Notes: a model not told the origin generated them from the sequence alone. DNA of 32,000 bases from Opitutales bacterium (GCA_965219535.1 CBDCNV010000001.1:720001-752000); one strand, 5' to 3'. Positions 15,990 through 25,014 are shown, counted from the stretch's first letter. A program made the numbers and translations.

Positions 15990-17330
15990 ATGCGATCAAT
16001 AATAACGACAGGTTTGTGTATTGCCATGATCGTGGCATCTGCCGAAGCGAAGGTGGATCTGGTAACGCTACCCAATAGGGAGAGTGTGCAGTTGACAATC
16101 TACAACTCCGCGGATCTGACCCTGGCGCGGGAAAAGAGAGGGCTGACCTTAATGGAGGGGATGAACGAGCTTCAGTTTTCCTGGGCGAACACACTTATTG
16201 ATCCCACAAGTCTGGAAATGATCCCCCAAAAGAATGCCGGGTCGATAGATATCTTTGATCTGACTTTTCCTCCGCGCGTGAGGAACCTGGGGCTGTGGAA
16301 TATTAAAAGCGGGACGAGCGGAAAGGTACCGGTAGAGATCAGCTATTTAACAAGCGGACTTTCGTGGAGAGCATTTTATTTAGGAACTCTCTCTACGGAC
16401 GAAAAGGAGATGAGACTGAAAGGGTATGTGCGCGTGACGAACAACAGCGGAGAGGACTATGAAAACGCGCAGGTGAGGTTGATCGTGGGGAAGGTGCACC
16501 TTATTGACCAGATAGCCCAGTTGGCGCAGCAGCAGTACCCTTACGGTAGACCGGGTTACGGAAGGTATCCGGAATCTTCATCAGAATTAAGAAAGAAAGA
16601 AGTTTATGAGATGAAAGTAGGCTTGATGGATCTTGAAGAAGATTACAATGGGCGAAGAGATCAGAAAGATATCGTTAAAGAGGGCTTGAGTGAGTATTTT
16701 CTCTACACCATAGAGGGGACGGAAACGATCCCCAATGGCTGGTCAAAACGACTGCCGAGCTTTGATACGGCAGGTGTGCCGGTGGTCAATCTCTACAAGT
16801 ACGAAGAGGAGCGGTATGGCAGGGGAGTCTTACGGTTTTTAAGTTTCAAGAATGACGAAGAACATAAATTGGGCGAGACGCCTATTCCGGGAGGGATGAT
16901 CAAGGTCTTCCGCTCGGTGAATAAAGAAAAGAACCTGAGCTATGAGGGGCAGTCGAATTTCAAATACATCCCGGTAGAAGAAGATGTGGAATTAAACCTC
17001 GGAGCGGTGCAGACCGTGGTCGTGGAGCCGACGCTGATGGAGTATCACACGGAGAACTACCGCTTTGACCGCTGGGAGAACATCAGCGGTTGGGATGAAG
17101 TGAGAGATTTTAAAATCGAAATCAAAAATACGCGGGAGATACCGGTAAAGGTGGAAATCCAGAGAAACTTTAACACCACCTATTGGAAGATAAAGAATAG
17201 TGGAGAGTTTGGGAAGTATGAGAAAGTGGATGTCGACACCGTGAAATATACCCTGGAATTGGGACCGAAGTCACAGAAGACATTGAACTATATCCTGACA
17301 ACCTTTCACGGCACGAGAGCAGAATATTAA
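15990..17330 (+). CDS. Secreted/periplasmic DUF4140-DUF4139 (MuiA-like) protein, paralogue A' with a charged central cassette
   Basis: 446-aa ORF. The mature sequence is nearly identical to A, with about 12 substitutions outside the cassette. The signal peptide is unrelated (MRSIITTGLCIAMIVASAEA), as is the 37-aa central cassette (GRYPESSSELRKKEVYEMKVGLMDLEEDYNGRRDQKD). Confidence 0.7.
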   Translation: MRSIITTGLCIAMIVASAEAKVDLVTLPNRESVQLTIYNSADLTLAREKRGLTLMEGMNELQFSWANTLIDPTSLEMIPQKNAGSIDIFDLTFPPRVRNLGLWNIKSGTSGKVPVEISYLTSGLSWRAFYLGTLSTDEKEMRLKGYVRVTNNSGEDYENAQVRLIVGKVHLIDQIAQLAQQQYPYGRPGYGRYPESSSELRKKEVYEMKVGLMDLEEDYNGRRDQKDIVKEGLSEYFLYTIEGTETIPNGWSKRLPSFDTAGVPVVNLYKYEEERYGRGVLRFLSFKNDEEHKLGETPIPGGMIKVFRSVNKEKNLSYEGQSNFKYIPVEEDVELNLGAVQTVVVEPTLMEYHTENYRFDRWENISGWDEVRDFKIEIKNTREIPVKVEIQRNFNTTYWKIKNSGEFGKYEKVDVDTVKYTLELGPKSQKTLNYILTTFHGTRAEY

Positions 17331-17649
17331 AAAGAGAGAGTTTTCGCACTTACCTGTGTTCATTTGATAGAGGTTTACTCTGTATATACTAATTAAATCT
17401 CATGCCCGCGTAAAGTAATCTGATCTTATCTGCGAGGTCACCCCTTTGTCATTGCGAGGATCCAGCACCTGCTGGAGACGAAACAATCCAGGCAAACGTC
17501 TATTGAGTAAAATTAATCGATAGATTTCAAAATGTTCAATAGATGTATAGTCACGGTAATAACAAAGCATAACGTGCTGTTGTTAATCTTAAAATAGGCC
17601 ACGACCGTGGAATCTCTGCTATTTAAGGTAAGTCCTCGCGAGTCATTAT

Positions 17650-18942
17650 TTAATGTAAGAACATCCCGGCGACACAGGCGGTCATGAGACAGGCCACCAT
17701 TCCTCCTATCATCGCTCGCAGGGCGAGGGTGGCGAGGTTACTGCGTTGATTGGGTGCCAGCACCGCGATACCACCGATCTGAATACCGATTGAACCAAAA
17801 TTAGCAAAACCGCATAAGGCATAGGTGGCAATCATCACCGTTCTTTCATTCGTCAGTATTTCTCCATCAACCATCTTATCGAGTGAGATGAAAGCGATAA
17901 ATTCATTGAGCACCATTTTTTCACCGAGCAGTTGGCCAATCAGCAGCAGATTTCCCGACTCAATGCCGATGATCCATGCCACGGGGGCAAATAATAATCC
18001 GAAAATAAACTGCAGGTTTAATCCTTCAAACCTGCCATCCGTGAACTCGATGATTACAGTATTGAGACCGGTCCAGGAACCGATCCAGTTTAGCGTGATG
18101 TAATTAATCATTGCGATCATCGCGATGAATACGAGGAGAATGGCCCCGACATTTAACGCCAGCTTGAGGCCCTGTGTCGTCCCACTCGCCGCCGCGTCAA
18201 AGAGATTGCAGCCGATTTTTTCTCTGCTCACCTTTAATTCGTGATCAATGGCTTCCGTTTCGGGTAAAAGGAGCTTGGCGCAGAGTATCGCCGCCGGCGC
18301 CGAGAGAATGGATGCGGTGAGTAAATGTTTTCCAATCATCACCTGTCGTTGCGGATCGTCACCGCCAAGAATGGATATATAAGCTACAAATACTCCTCCC
18401 GCGATCGTCGCCATTCCCCCGGTCATCAGGCAGAGGATCTCGGAGCGCGTCATATCTTTTAAATAGGGCTTCACCATCAGTGGCGCTTCCGTCTGTCCGA
18501 TAAATATATTCGCTGCCGCGGCGAAACTTTCCGCTCCCGATAAATGCATCGTACGCTGCATGATCCAGGCAAACCCGTAAACGATTTTCTGAAGCAGACC
18601 CAGGTAATAGAGCACCGAGGTAAAAGCGGAAATGAATATTATGGATGGGAGCACTTTGAAGGCAATGACCGCTTCGTATGAAGTGTCCGATGCTAATTTA
18701 CCAAAAATAAACCGGGACCCTTCATTGGAAAACTCAAGCAGTCGGATAAAAAAAATCGAAACTCCCTCGAGAGCGCTTTCGATCGGCGGGACCCACAATA
18801 CCAGTGCAGCGAGTATTATTTGAAGCAGTACACCCGCCGGAACCAACCGCCAGTTGATCGCCTTCTTTTTTTCACTCAACAAGCAGCAGAACCCTATCAA
18901 CAGGACCAAACCCAACAGACTGCGAAATACATGCCATCCCAT
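17650..18942 (-). CDS. nupC: Concentrative nucleoside transporter, NupC/CNT family
   Basis: 430-aa polytopic ORF with an N-terminus typical of NupC (FRSLLGLVLLIGFCCLLSEKKKAINWRLV). It also shows the motifs SEILCLMTGGMATIAGGV and ALCGFANFGSIGIQIGGI. Confidence 0.88.
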   Translation of the reverse strand: MGWHVFRSLLGLVLLIGFCCLLSEKKKAINWRLVPAGVLLQIILAALVLWVPPIESALEGVSIFFIRLLEFSNEGSRFIFGKLASDTSYEAVIAFKVLPSIIFISAFTSVLYYLGLLQKIVYGFAWIMQRTMHLSGAESFAAAANIFIGQTEAPLMVKPYLKDMTRSEILCLMTGGMATIAGGVFVAYISILGGDDPQRQVMIGKHLLTASILSAPAAILCAKLLLPETEAIDHELKVSREKIGCNLFDAAASGTTQGLKLALNVGAILLVFIAMIAMINYITLNWIGSWTGLNTVIIEFTDGRFEGLNLQFIFGLLFAPVAWIIGIESGNLLLIGQLLGEKMVLNEFIAFISLDKMVDGEILTNERTVMIATYALCGFANFGSIGIQIGGIAVLAPNQRSNLATLALRAMIGGMVACLMTACVAGMFLH

Positions 18943-19104
18943 CTTGGCAACCTACCCAGAAAATCCCTCTTACGACAACTATAGAAAACACATGCTTGTT
19001 TTTTGTGGATAACCCTTTGCTCTCACTTGCTAAAACAGAACTTTTTCATTCATTGAAAAATATGAGCTGTTCTTATTTCACTGAATTTTACTGGGAGGAT
19101 TGAA

Positions 19105-19695
19105 ATGAACTATCACCTATTACCGTCTAATATCCTGGATGCGAATGTTACCTATCACCGCTCTGACCATTCCACTTACAGCCCGGTAAATATGGATGAT
19201 TCCGCTCTTGAAGTGATGACCGATTTTAAGAAAGTTACTGCTATCACTATTTCTCCCTGGGAGTCGATCGAGACCGCGAACCAAAGGATGATCCAGAGGG
19301 GTATTCGCACGCTTTTTGTCGTTGATGTTCATGACTACCTGGTCGGACTCATTACCGCTTCTGATATTCTGGGCGAAAAACCCATACAATATATTCAGAG
19401 CTTTGGCGGACAGCGCAAAGATATCACCGTCGAAGACATCATGGTTTCCCGGGAAAATATAGAAGTGCTCTCACTGAGAGACGTGAGTCATGCGCGGGTA
19501 GGGGATATCGTAGAGACCTTAAAACACGCTGAGCGTCAACACGCCCTCGTCGTCGATGATCAGGAGTCGAATAATGAAAATAGGGTCAGGGGTATATTTT
19601 CCCTCACGCAAATTGCCCGTCAGCTTGGTATTGATATCCAAATTTATGAGCTCGACCATACCTTCGCCGAAATTGCCCAGATAACTCAGGGGTAA
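19105..19695 (+). CDS. CBS-domain pair protein with an N-terminal extension
   Basis: 196-aa ORF preceded by a GGGAGGA ribosome-binding site. Two CBS units are visible (ALEVMTDF...IRTLFVVDVHDYLVGLITASDIL and VEDIMVSR...HALVVDD...VRGIFSLTQIARQLG). Confidence 0.75.
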   Translation: MNYHLLPSNILDANVTYHRSDHSTYSPVNMDDSALEVMTDFKKVTAITISPWESIETANQRMIQRGIRTLFVVDVHDYLVGLITASDILGEKPIQYIQSFGGQRKDITVEDIMVSRENIEVLSLRDVSHARVGDIVETLKHAERQHALVVDDQESNNENRVRGIFSLTQIARQLGIDIQIYELDHTFAEIAQITQG

Positions 19696-19725
19696 AGACT
19701 TAAAATTGTTAAATGGCGAGCAGAA

Positions 19726-20484
19726 TCACCATTTATTAGATTGGCGAAGCTGACCACCTCGTTTTGCGAAAGCGAAATCTGCCTGTCCTAATGCGCCATC
19801 AAGGGGCCTTCTTTGGAATTCAGTAAAATCATAAAAATCATATCCGCGTTCATGCATGAAATAAAAACAGTCCGCAGTTATTGGCATCTTTTCCATGTAG
19901 GGATAAAGAGAAGTCTCCATGATGAAGAGTTCTGTTTTTCCGAAAAGTGACTGCGCGCCCTTGAGGGCCTCGAGTTCATACCCCTGAACATCCAATTTGA
20001 CGAGGTCAGGAAAAAAAGAATCCCGGTTTTTCAGTAGATCATCGATGGTAACGATCTTCGTTACTCTTTGCGTGCCTTGTTTAATTTTATCCTCGTCAAT
20101 TTGAGGTAGAAAGGATGATCCTTGAAGATCTTCCCATATCGTCTGCACTAACTCTCCGCTTTCCTTTCCAGCTCCCGCTTGGACGTAATCCAGGTCTTCA
20201 CGTCCACTACAGAGTTCTTCAAGAACAGTTTTCATTTCAACCTGCGGTTCAATCATGAGAACCTTTGCATCCGGAAAAACTGATTTCACCATTTTCGTCC
20301 AGTTCCCACTGTTTGCCCCTACATCAATGATTCCGCGAGGATTGAATCCCCGCGCTGAAACGTCTTCAAGAAAAAGCTTAGTTTCGCCTATTGGCCGTGA
20401 TTCAGAGCCGGGTTTTATGTTACCTTGAATTCTCTTAATCTCGAATCCGAGTTTTCTTAAGGTCTTTTTGATTAATTGTTTCAT
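19726..20484 (-). CDS. FkbM-family SAM-dependent methyltransferase
   Basis: 252-aa ORF. IIDVGANSGNWTKMVKSVFPDAKVLMIEPQ fits the FkbM-type SAM-binding block. LVKLDVQGYELEALKGA is the typical FkbM motif. Confidence 0.75.
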   Translation of the reverse strand: MKQLIKKTLRKLGFEIKRIQGNIKPGSESRPIGETKLFLEDVSARGFNPRGIIDVGANSGNWTKMVKSVFPDAKVLMIEPQVEMKTVLEELCSGREDLDYVQAGAGKESGELVQTIWEDLQGSSFLPQIDEDKIKQGTQRVTKIVTIDDLLKNRDSFFPDLVKLDVQGYELEALKGAQSLFGKTELFIMETSLYPYMEKMPITADCFYFMHERGYDFYDFTEFQRRPLDGALGQADFAFAKRGGQLRQSNKW

Positions 20485-20754
20485 TCATTTCTTAAGTATT
20501 CCAGGTTACGTCTACATATCTGATGTTTGGGTATCCTATTATTTCAATCAAGAGGTACAAGAGAATTAAAAAATGCGCTTGCAAAAGCTGATGAGTTGAA
20601 AGAATGCAAGCCCGCGAACCTAAAAGTTTTAAAAATGTCAGTAACGAGACCCGCATTCGCGGGACACCATTGCCAATGCAGTTTCTGCTACCTATCTACA
20701 GTCCTCTCAGCTGATAATAAATTCTCTTGTATTAAAAATCAATTGTGCAAACCG

Positions 20755-21405
20755 TTAAAGATCGAAGAGATTTTGGTAACGGTTTTTTCCTAATAAAGAG
20801 AGAAACAATTTTACCAGAATTAAATCAATCTTACTGACGCTATTCGTTATCGGATTTCCTTTTGTAGCGCTATCACCCTTTTTGGGAATTCCCGACGACG
20901 GGTCTGAGTAGAGGGTAATGCTTGTTTTTTTGTGATGATTGTAATTTTGTAAAAATTCGTGTGCCCTTACCTCGTCTAACTTCAAGAAGCGGGCAAGCGC
21001 TAAAACACTCTGTTCTGGTTTGGTTATTAAATCATCATATTTAATAAGCAGTTTGGGTTCTTCCCATTCGTCATAGATGTTCAGTATCTTGATATATTCC
21101 CAGAGAGCCTTAAGTGAAAAGTTGCCGATTTGTCGCCGTATTACTATAGTAGGTGAACGTGTTAACAAGATAAGGTTGTTACCCTCTCGAAAATCAATGT
21201 CATCTCCATGGCTTTTGTATAAAACAGGAGGAGCGTCTGGAGTGACATGATTTAAAGGATTTTCTGCGAGGGTGTTCTTGAAAAGTGGAATATCTCCGGG
21301 ATTGGAAAGGCAGCCCATGGTTGGTCTGCTGGATATATATTCTGCAATATATCGTACCCAGCTGTTGCCGCTTCGGGGGTAGGAAAGTAAATAGGTTTTC
21401 ATCAA
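20755..21405 (-). CDS. Sulfotransferase-family protein (PAPS-dependent)
   Basis: 216-aa ORF with a 5'-PSB-loop-like SYPRSGNSWVRY, YKSHG, a 3'-PB-like LILLTRSP, and the common sulfotransferase tail block IKYDDLITKPEQSVLALARFLKL. Confidence 0.7.
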   Translation of the reverse strand: MMKTYLLSYPRSGNSWVRYIAEYISSRPTMGCLSNPGDIPLFKNTLAENPLNHVTPDAPPVLYKSHGDDIDFREGNNLILLTRSPTIVIRRQIGNFSLKALWEYIKILNIYDEWEEPKLLIKYDDLITKPEQSVLALARFLKLDEVRAHEFLQNYNHHKKTSITLYSDPSSGIPKKGDSATKGNPITNSVSKIDLILVKLFLSLLGKNRYQNLFDL

Positions 21406-21669
21406 GCTTTTTTATCGAGAAGAAAATTCCTGATTTTAAAATATAACCATTCCGGAAATAATAGAAATTTATTTTTCTCTTAAGTCAGTCAATATTACCC
21501 ATCGCACTAGTGTTTACCTCTGATTTTTTTGTCTGCTGAAATTGTAAGAAATTCAGATGCAATGATTACCAGCTGCCCTCAAGCTTGGTGAAAGCGATCC
21601 CTATCTGTCCTGATCATCCAGCAGAAGGTCTTCTTAGAATTTCAATAAGATCATAAAATTCTATTACCT

Positions 21670-22794
21670 TCAGGATTGCTGAGGTGAATCCTGGTCCAAT
21701 CCCACATTGAGCGGCCGCTTGGGATCGCCCGCAAGATAGAGCGTCTGGGTGGGGAAGGCGAATTCAATACCCTCCTCATTAAAACGGCGGAAGACTTCCT
21801 TGTTGAATTTTTCTGTAAATTCCAGGTAGGCAAAGAAGTCAGGCGGGTGATACCAGTATAAAACAATTATATTTAATGAAGCGTCATTAAATTCATTAAA
21901 GAATACACGGGGTGGTTTTTCTTCGTTCATCCCCTCGTGGTTATCCAGAAGCTCTTTGAGTATATCGATTGCACGATCCAGTTTTTCTGACGAGGTGTCA
22001 TAGGTGACGGTTATATTGGCGACACGCTTGATAAAAGGACGTTTGCCAATGTTCTTAATAAATTTATTCGCCAGTTCACCATTGGGAATGGTTACAAGAT
22101 GACCATCCAGGGTGCGAATTTTCGTCGAGCGCAAGCCTACATCTTCGACCGGTCCGTCAAAACCGTCGACGACTATCCTGTCACCCAGCTCGAATGGTTT
22201 ATCCGTGAAAATTATAAGCGACCCAAAAAAGTTTTTCAGCGAATCCTGGGCGGCGAGGGCGATCGCCAAACTACCTATGCCCAGACCCGCGATAATCGAG
22301 GTAATGGGTTTGTCACTTAATATCTGGGCGATCTGCACTAAAACCAGAATAACAATCGTTATGCGCAGGCACCGGCGCACCACCGGAACCATCATGTCGT
22401 CCAGTTTGCTATCACTCTTTTCCGCCAGACGTGCGAGTAAGGCGTGAGGAACATCGACTAACCAGTAAATGGCGTAACCGAAGGAGACGACGAGGAGCAG
22501 GTCAGCGAGGGTGACTAATAATTCATGTATTCCTTCACTCAGGACTAAGATCGGAATTCCAAGGGATATGCCGAAGGCTGCAGCAAGTAAGATTACCGCG
22601 CGTGCGACGGCATTCACAGCTGCCGCGGCCATGGGCCTGTCCTGCGCTTCGAATTTTTGGGCTATTCTAAGTAAGATGAATTTGGCAAACCTTCCGATAG
22701 CCAGGGCAATCAGGAGCATAATGAAAAGAGCGGCAATACGCCAAAGCTCGTTCTCAGCAAATTTTATCTCAGTAAATTCTGTCCAAAAATCCAT
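21670..22794 (-). CDS. Small-conductance mechanosensitive channel (MscS family)
   Basis: 374-aa ORF with N-terminal TM helices. The MscS core is present: AQDSLKNFFGSLIIFTDKPFELGDRIVVDGFDGPVEDVGLRSTKIRTLDGHLVTIPNGELAN. Confidence 0.88.
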   Translation of the reverse strand: MDFWTEFTEIKFAENELWRIAALFIMLLIALAIGRFAKFILLRIAQKFEAQDRPMAAAAVNAVARAVILLAAAFGISLGIPILVLSEGIHELLVTLADLLLVVSFGYAIYWLVDVPHALLARLAEKSDSKLDDMMVPVVRRCLRITIVILVLVQIAQILSDKPITSIIAGLGIGSLAIALAAQDSLKNFFGSLIIFTDKPFELGDRIVVDGFDGPVEDVGLRSTKIRTLDGHLVTIPNGELANKFIKNIGKRPFIKRVANITVTYDTSSEKLDRAIDILKELLDNHEGMNEEKPPRVFFNEFNDASLNIIVLYWYHPPDFFAYLEFTEKFNKEVFRRFNEEGIEFAFPTQTLYLAGDPKRPLNVGLDQDSPQQS

Positions 22795-22944
22795 TGTCGT
22801 TCCTCATCCCTAGTTGAAGGTTTTGATTAGTTAAAGATAAACAAGCAGTTTTCAAATAAAAAAACATTTTTCATCTTCAATAGGGGATTAGATGACGTTT
22901 GCCTTAATCGCACCATCAATTATGCCGAATAAATAATCATACCC

Positions 22945-23262
22945 TTGATTAAGAATCGGAAAGTTAAGGCAAATGATCGGCAGCTGCTCTGGTTGCGCCT
23001 CGCCGGCCAATCCGCATACAAGGCAAGTAATTTAGCGAGTATTTCCGGTGTCTCGATACGACAGCTGGAACGTTATTTCCAGGAGGACTTCGGAAGCAGT
23101 CCCCGAGTTTGGCTGAACGAGCAGCGCATGATTGCCGCCCGTCAGTTATTAACCGAGGCTGAATCCGTGAAAGCCGTGGCTTACGATCTCGGCTTTAAAC
23201 AGTGCTCCCATTTTTGCCGCGAGTTCAAACGCTACCACGGCATCAGACCTTCGGAAGTTTGA
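22945..23262 (+). CDS. Single-domain AraC/XylS-type transcription regulator (MarA/SoxS-like, DNA-binding domain only)
   Basis: 105-aa ORF starting at TTG, with no in-frame ATG nearby. Two HTH units are visible: ASISGVSIRQLERYFQEDFGSSP and VKAVAYDLGFKQCSHFCREFKRYHGIRPSE. No ligand-binding or dimerisation domain is present. It lies 106 nt upstream of the secreted-protein genes. Confidence 0.75.
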   Translation: MIKNRKVKANDRQLLWLRLAGQSAYKASNLASISGVSIRQLERYFQEDFGSSPRVWLNEQRMIAARQLLTEAESVKAVAYDLGFKQCSHFCREFKRYHGIRPSEV

Positions 23263-23367
23263 ATAATAAATCAATTATATTCCGTTTGTCGCCGAGAGAT
23301 AACAATTGGCGAGATTAGATAATCGTTCTGAATTGTTCGCTAGCTCAATTCCTATTTGTTAATTGTC

Positions 23368-25014
23368 ATGAGGTGTTTCCAATCATGGCTGCTCGGCAAT
23401 GTTATTACTTTTTGTGGTATTCAATTTTTGTACGCACAAATCACGCCGCCTTATCTCACAGACTTTGAAGGTAGTGAAGGTTATAGTCTTGGTGATTTAA
23501 ATGCACAAAATGGATGGGTTCGTAACCAGGGTCAGGCGATAATTAATTCAGGAACTGCTTTTTCAGGGGACAATTTCGTGGCCTTGGTTGCGAATAACCC
23601 ATTTTCGCAAATCAGCATTTTGTTTAATAGCATGGGGGGTGATGAGATTAACTTCGTTGACTTTTATCTTAAGCCGAAAGCGGGTGATATTTTAAATATT
23701 GAAGAGCTTGTCGATTCAGAGGGTGCACTCATTAGCTTTATCAAAGCAGGTTCAGAAGGTGAAGTTTACGTATTCAATGGTGATGGTGCAGGTAATGGTG
23801 AATGGCTCACGACAAATACAAACAACAGTCTGACAATCGATGATATATCACAAAATTGGCTACACTTGACTGTAAGGCATGAATTTAATGAGAAGATTTG
23901 GGATCTTTATGTAGATGGCACGATTCAGGCAATTAACCTTGGACTCATTGATGATGCAGCCACCTATTTAAATGAATTCGTCCTCATGGGGGATCTAATA
24001 GCGGACGTAAATTTTGATTTGTTTTCTCTAACTACTACAAACCCGTTATTCATTGATGCGGATAATGACGGAATCGATGACGCTTATGAAAATATTTACG
24101 GATTAAATACCTCGCTCAACGACAGAGATCTTGATCCCGATGGAGATGGGTTATCAAATATTGAAGAGTTTTTGTATAGCACCTTTGCTGATAATCCGGA
24201 TTCGGACGAAGATAGTGTAAGTGATGGCGATGAGATCCATCTGAATAGAGATCCTCTTCAGTTTGATAGTGTAATAATACAAGCTGACTCAGACTTAGAT
24301 GGACTAGTGACTGATGATAGCCATTCGTCAGACATAACTTCACAGGGTGTCGTCACAAATACGGGAAACGCTGTTATTCATGCGGTCGTTAGTGGTGAAG
24401 AAGGTGAGCTCAAATCTGTAGTCATGAGCGGTAAGGGAACAGTTGAAATTGAAGTGATTAATGAACCAGCTAGTACAATAGCTTTCTACTCATTTGTATT
24501 TACGCCTTCCGTGAGCGAGAATCCTGCGGATCATACGATGCTCAATGTAGCAGGGGCGGTAACAGCATATCCGTGGTACGATAATTTGGATAATGTCACC
24601 TCAGGGCATATAAAAGCTAAGAGTGGTGTTAGCGGTCTCGATTGGATTAGCTCTGGTATATTCTATGGTCTCAAGGATTACGGGGAATCAAAAGTTCCAT
24701 TGCACTTTATGTTGCGACTGGATGAAGAACAGGGAGTTTGGGATCTGTTTATCCAGGATAAACTTTGGTTAGCGGATATTCATTACATTCCTGGTGACGA
24801 TAAAATAATTATCACTTCAGGATCTGAATACCCGACGACTCTGAGAGAGTTAATCATCACTGAAAGTAATCCCCTTTTTGAAGACATCAATAAAGATGGG
24901 CTTCCCGACAGTTTCGAGATCGAACAGGGGTATAGTCCAACCGCCAATAACCGTCATGCTCTCATGCCAGGGGGAACGATGACATTACTGGATTACTACC
25001 TGAACTCTATGTAA
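23368..25014 (+). CDS. Secreted protein with two LamG/ConA-like modules and thrombospondin-type-3-like acidic Ca-binding repeats
   Basis: The ATG at 23368 gives a signal peptide (MRCFQSWLLGNVITFCGIQFLYA/QI); the track ORF begins at a TTG at 23356. Asp-rich repeats are present: DADNDGIDDAYE, DRDLDPDGDGLSNIEE, DNPDSDEDSVSDGDE. There is an internal duplication marked by ...WDLYVDG...TTNPLFIDADNDGIDD and ...WDLFIQD...ESNPLFEDINKDGLPD. The LamG assignment is an impression only. Confidence 0.65.
   Translation: MRCFQSWLLGNVITFCGIQFLYAQITPPYLTDFEGSEGYSLGDLNAQNGWVRNQGQAIINSGTAFSGDNFVALVANNPFSQISILFNSMGGDEINFVDFYLKPKAGDILNIEELVDSEGALISFIKAGSEGEVYVFNGDGAGNGEWLTTNTNNSLTIDDISQNWLHLTVRHEFNEKIWDLYVDGTIQAINLGLIDDAATYLNEFVLMGDLIADVNFDLFSLTTTNPLFIDADNDGIDDAYENIYGLNTSLNDRDLDPDGDGLSNIEEFLYSTFADNPDSDEDSVSDGDEIHLNRDPLQFDSVIIQADSDLDGLVTDDSHSSDITSQGVVTNTGNAVIHAVVSGEEGELKSVVMSGKGTVEIEVINEPASTIAFYSFVFTPSVSENPADHTMLNVAGAVTAYPWYDNLDNVTSGHIKAKSGVSGLDWISSGIFYGLKDYGESKVPLHFMLRLDEEQGVWDLFIQDKLWLADIHYIPGDDKIIITSGSEYPTTLRELIITESNPLFEDINKDGLPDSFEIEQGYSPTANNRHALMPGGTMTLLDYYLNSM

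Larger units (their letters stand above)
13510..17330 (+). repeat. Direct duplication with a period of about 2.53 kb (13510-14802 vs 16041-17330), interrupted by a non-homologous cassette
   Basis: Hand alignment gives 13510-14028 = 16041-16559 (offset 2531, many synonymous mismatches) and 14143-14802 = 16671-17330 (offset 2528). The second block includes a perfectly identical 146-nt run (14158-14303 = 16686-16831). Segments 14029-14142 and 16560-16670 do not align. Confidence 0.9.

Noticed and set aside
15988-16194. 68-aa minus-strand ORF across the start of paralogue A' (similar antisense ORFs at 13569-13775 and 15393-15584)
   Set aside because: They are antisense to strongly conserved coding sequence, so they are shadow ORFs.
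17446-17500. Sequence gtcattgcgagga-tccagcacctgctgga-gacgaaacaatccagg. It resembles the widespread 'VIARS..ATKQSR'-type short palindromic element and contains a 7-bp hairpin (17461-17476)
   Set aside because: There is a single copy in the window and the resemblance is from memory only. There is no U-run to call it a terminator, so it is noted but not called as a feature. A genome-wide count of the motif would settle it.
17590-17649. Possible terminator downstream of nupC (ccacggtcgtgg followed by cctatttta on the minus strand; also the palindrome ctcgcgag)
   Set aside because: The stem is only 4-5 bp with a minimal loop and the U-run is weak, so a terminator call is not justified.
20527-20793. 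88-aa TTG-initiated plus-strand ORF in the methyltransferase-sulfotransferase spacer
   Set aside because: It runs opposite to both flanking genes, overlaps the sulfotransferase 3' end, starts at a non-ATG codon, and has no motifs. The spacer is treated as non-coding.
21651-22813. ORFs of 71-111 aa on both strands overlapping the MscS gene
   Set aside because: They are nested in or antisense to a gene with a canonical MscS core motif.
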